Assembly: GCA_019112625.1 (NCBI GenBank)
Contig: DXIW01000029.1
Location: 2,494 to 66,493, forward strand
Source: Candidatus Acutalibacter stercorigallinarum
Lineage (GTDB): Bacteria > Bacillota > Clostridia > Oscillospirales > Acutalibacteraceae
Direction: 5' to 3'
DNA length: 64,000 bases
Each line of letters begins with the position of its first letter. Within the stretch, counting starts at the first letter, position 1. The notes under the pieces were generated by a model that ran no database searches, was not told the origin of the DNA, and saw only the letters and a list, made by a program, of their open reading frames with translations. Made by a program: the position numbers and the translations under genes. Shown piece after piece: positions 62,079-64,000 of this stretch.

Positions 62079-63603
62079 AGCCGTTGACTTCCCAGTACAT
62101 CCGGGTGTGGGTGGTGACCTCCCCCTCCTGGAGGGTGAAGGTGAGGGTGGGGGGCAGGGGGTCCGCCAGGCCGCCGATCTCGGGGATGGTGGAGTCGGCG
62201 GTGAGGGTCAGCTTGTCCCCTGCGAACTGGAACACAAAGCGCTTGCCCCCGGCCATGCGGGCGTTGCGCAGCTCGATCTCCAGCTTGTCCTTGGCCCGCC
62301 AGCGGCCGTTGGCGCCGTAGGTGGTGCCGCCGATCTCGGTGGCGGCGAAGTGGCCGGTCATGCCCACGGCGATGTCGTAGCTGCCGTTATCCTGCACGCA
62401 GCGCAGCCGCACATCGTCCCCCTGGCAGACAAAGCCCAGGGACTGGAGCTGGCCCCCGTCGGGGGTGAATTTGCCGATGCCGCCGATCAGGTCGGTCATG
62501 GCGGGGGTGGGGGCGTCGGGGGTGTAGGCCGCGCCGTTTAGGGAGGCCTCGGCACCGGGGTTGCGCATGCCAAGCATGGGGTTGAGTTCCAAGTTTTCCA
62601 GCCGGTGGACCAGTACGTGATACAGGGGACTCTCGGGCAGGGGGGCGTCGGACACCTGGGGCAGCAGCTTGTCCCAGATGGCGGTGAGCACCGCCTGGAG
62701 CCGCATGGAGGCGGACTGGATGACGATGACCATATCCTGCTTGGTCATCACTACGCCGTACTGGCCGAAGGCCCCGTCGCCCCGGAACACGCCCTCCGGC
62801 TCGCACCGCCAGAACTGGAAGCCGTAGCCCTGCTGCCAGTCCGGATCGCCGCCCCAGCCGGCCCCCCGGTTTTCGATCTGCTTGGAGGTGGCCTGCTGGA
62901 ACCACTCCGGCTTTAAGAGCTGGCGGCCCTCCCACTGGCCCTGGTTAGCTACGAACTGCACGAACCGGGCCATGTCCTCCAGGGTGAGGGAGTAGCCGTA
63001 GCCCCCGGCCTCGGTGCCGTCGGGCAGGGGCTGGCAGCGGATGTCCGACATGCCCAGGGGCTGGATGAGCCGGGGCCGGAGGAACTGGGTGAGGGTCTGG
63101 CCGGTCTTTTTCGTTAAAATGGCGGAGAGCAGGTTGGTGCCCGCCGTGTTGTACAGGAAATGGGTGCCGGGCTCGTACACGAAGGGGTGGTGGAGGAAGG
63201 TGTAGATCCAGTCCGGGTCGCCCCGGCCCAGGTCGTTGATCTCCGTCTCGTGGCCGCAGCCCATCATCAGCAGGTGGCGGATGCAGGCCTTTTTCAGGTT
63301 CTCGCTGGGGTGTTCCGGGGCCTTGTCCGGGAAGATGTCGATAAGGCGCTCGTCTAAGGAGAGGATGCCCTCCTGCCAGGCGAAGCCGATGGCGGTGGAG
63401 GTCAAACTCTTGCTGAAGGAGAACATGATGTGGGGGGTCTTGGGCTCGTAGGGCTTCCACCAGCCCTGGGCGCAGACTTTCCCGTGGCGGAGCACCATGA
63501 TGCCGTGCATCTCGATGCCGTAGCGGTACAGCTCGTCCAAAAGGTCTAAAATGGCCTGGGAGGGGATGCCCAGGCTCTCGGGGGCAACACGGGGAAATTC
63601 CAT
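62077..63603 (-). CDS. Serine hydrolase, class C beta-lactamase-like family
   Basis: SFSK (SxxK), HLLMM, PGTHFLYN, GYGFQFW, RGDGAFGQ; alternative start at 63624; no signal peptide. Confidence 0.88.
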   Translation of the reverse strand: MEFPRVAPESLGIPSQAILDLLDELYRYGIEMHGIMVLRHGKVCAQGWWKPYEPKTPHIMFSFSKSLTSTAIGFAWQEGILSLDERLIDIFPDKAPEHPSENLKKACIRHLLMMGCGHETEINDLGRGDPDWIYTFLHHPFVYEPGTHFLYNTAGTNLLSAILTKKTGQTLTQFLRPRLIQPLGMSDIRCQPLPDGTEAGGYGYSLTLEDMARFVQFVANQGQWEGRQLLKPEWFQQATSKQIENRGAGWGGDPDWQQGYGFQFWRCEPEGVFRGDGAFGQYGVVMTKQDMVIVIQSASMRLQAVLTAIWDKLLPQVSDAPLPESPLYHVLVHRLENLELNPMLGMRNPGAEASLNGAAYTPDAPTPAMTDLIGGIGKFTPDGGQLQSLGFVCQGDDVRLRCVQDNGSYDIAVGMTGHFAATEIGGTTYGANGRWRAKDKLEIELRNARMAGGKRFVFQFAGDKLTLTADSTIPEIGGLADPLPPTLTFTLQEGEVTTHTRMYWEVNG

Positions 63604-63723
63604 AGAAAACACTCTCTTCCTCATAAAATATAGGGGCTGTTTTTAGTCTATCACAGATTAAAACGCCGCACAACTCCGAATACTAGAAACGAGCTCTATT
63701 TTTTTCGGAAAGGCGGGACGTAT

Positions 63724-64000
63724 ATGGTGACGATCCAAAAAGTGATAGGATACGAGGTGCTGGACTCCCGGGGGAACCCCACGGTGGGGGCCACGGTGCA
63801 GCTCTCCGACGGGAGCCTGGGCACGGCGGCGGCCCCCTCCGGGGCCTCTACCGGGACCTTTGAAGCGGTGGAGCTGCGGGACGGGGACGCCAGGCGCTAT
63901 GGGGGCAAGGGGGTGAAGAAGGCCGCCCGGAACGTGACCGAGGTCATCTCCCCGGCGCTGGAGAAGCTCCACAGCCTGACGGTGCGGGAGGTGGACACGG
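63724..64000 (+). CDS. eno: Enolase, 5' part (runs off the window)
   Basis: [21 protein letters not shown]...[24 protein letters not shown]. Confidence 0.93.
   Translation, partial: MVTIQKVIGYEVLDSRGNPTVGATVQLSDGSLGTAAAPSGASTGTFEAVELRDGDARRYGGKGVKKAARNVTEVISPALEKLHSLTVREVDT

Noticed and set aside
62077-63603. Beta-lactam resistance gene
   Set aside because: No signal peptide; this cytoplasmic SxxK family contains many esterases and amidases, so resistance is not supported

Overview
GC-rich chromosomal segment of an anaerobic Firmicute, probably a Clostridia/Oscillospirales gut organism (inferred from ribosomal protein sequences and gene order, not from a search). The first ~45 kb is mixed metabolic, transport and regulatory DNA: Mrp/ApbC, an OmpR-type two-component pair, an apbE-NusG_II-Gx flavinylation trio, ychF, csoR-copA, larE-larB-larC, mscL, an rlmI-like methyltransferase, SNF/MFS/MATE transporters, a fucose-isomerase-like protein, a MerR/TipAS regulator, a GH31 alpha-xylosidase and a GDPD. 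From 45.3 to 60.9 kb lies a complete S10-spc-alpha ribosomal protein cluster, followed by a GH-like protein, a serine hydrolase and the start of enolase. No rRNA, tRNA, CRISPR, integrase or transposase was seen. Signals absent from the ORF track: (1) a complete type I toxin-antitoxin-like module (33-aa peptide plus convergent antisense RNA) inside the lar operon; (2) four sequence-divergent but structurally equivalent four-way-junction elements just after stop codons; (3) back-to-back MerR-type 19-bp-spacer promoters facing the lar genes and a DUF3737 gene; (4) an internal RBS in copA that could yield a separate CopZ-like protein; (5) mosaic REP-like intergenic repeats and purine-rich heptamer tracts. 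All calls are by eye, with no database search or folding program.
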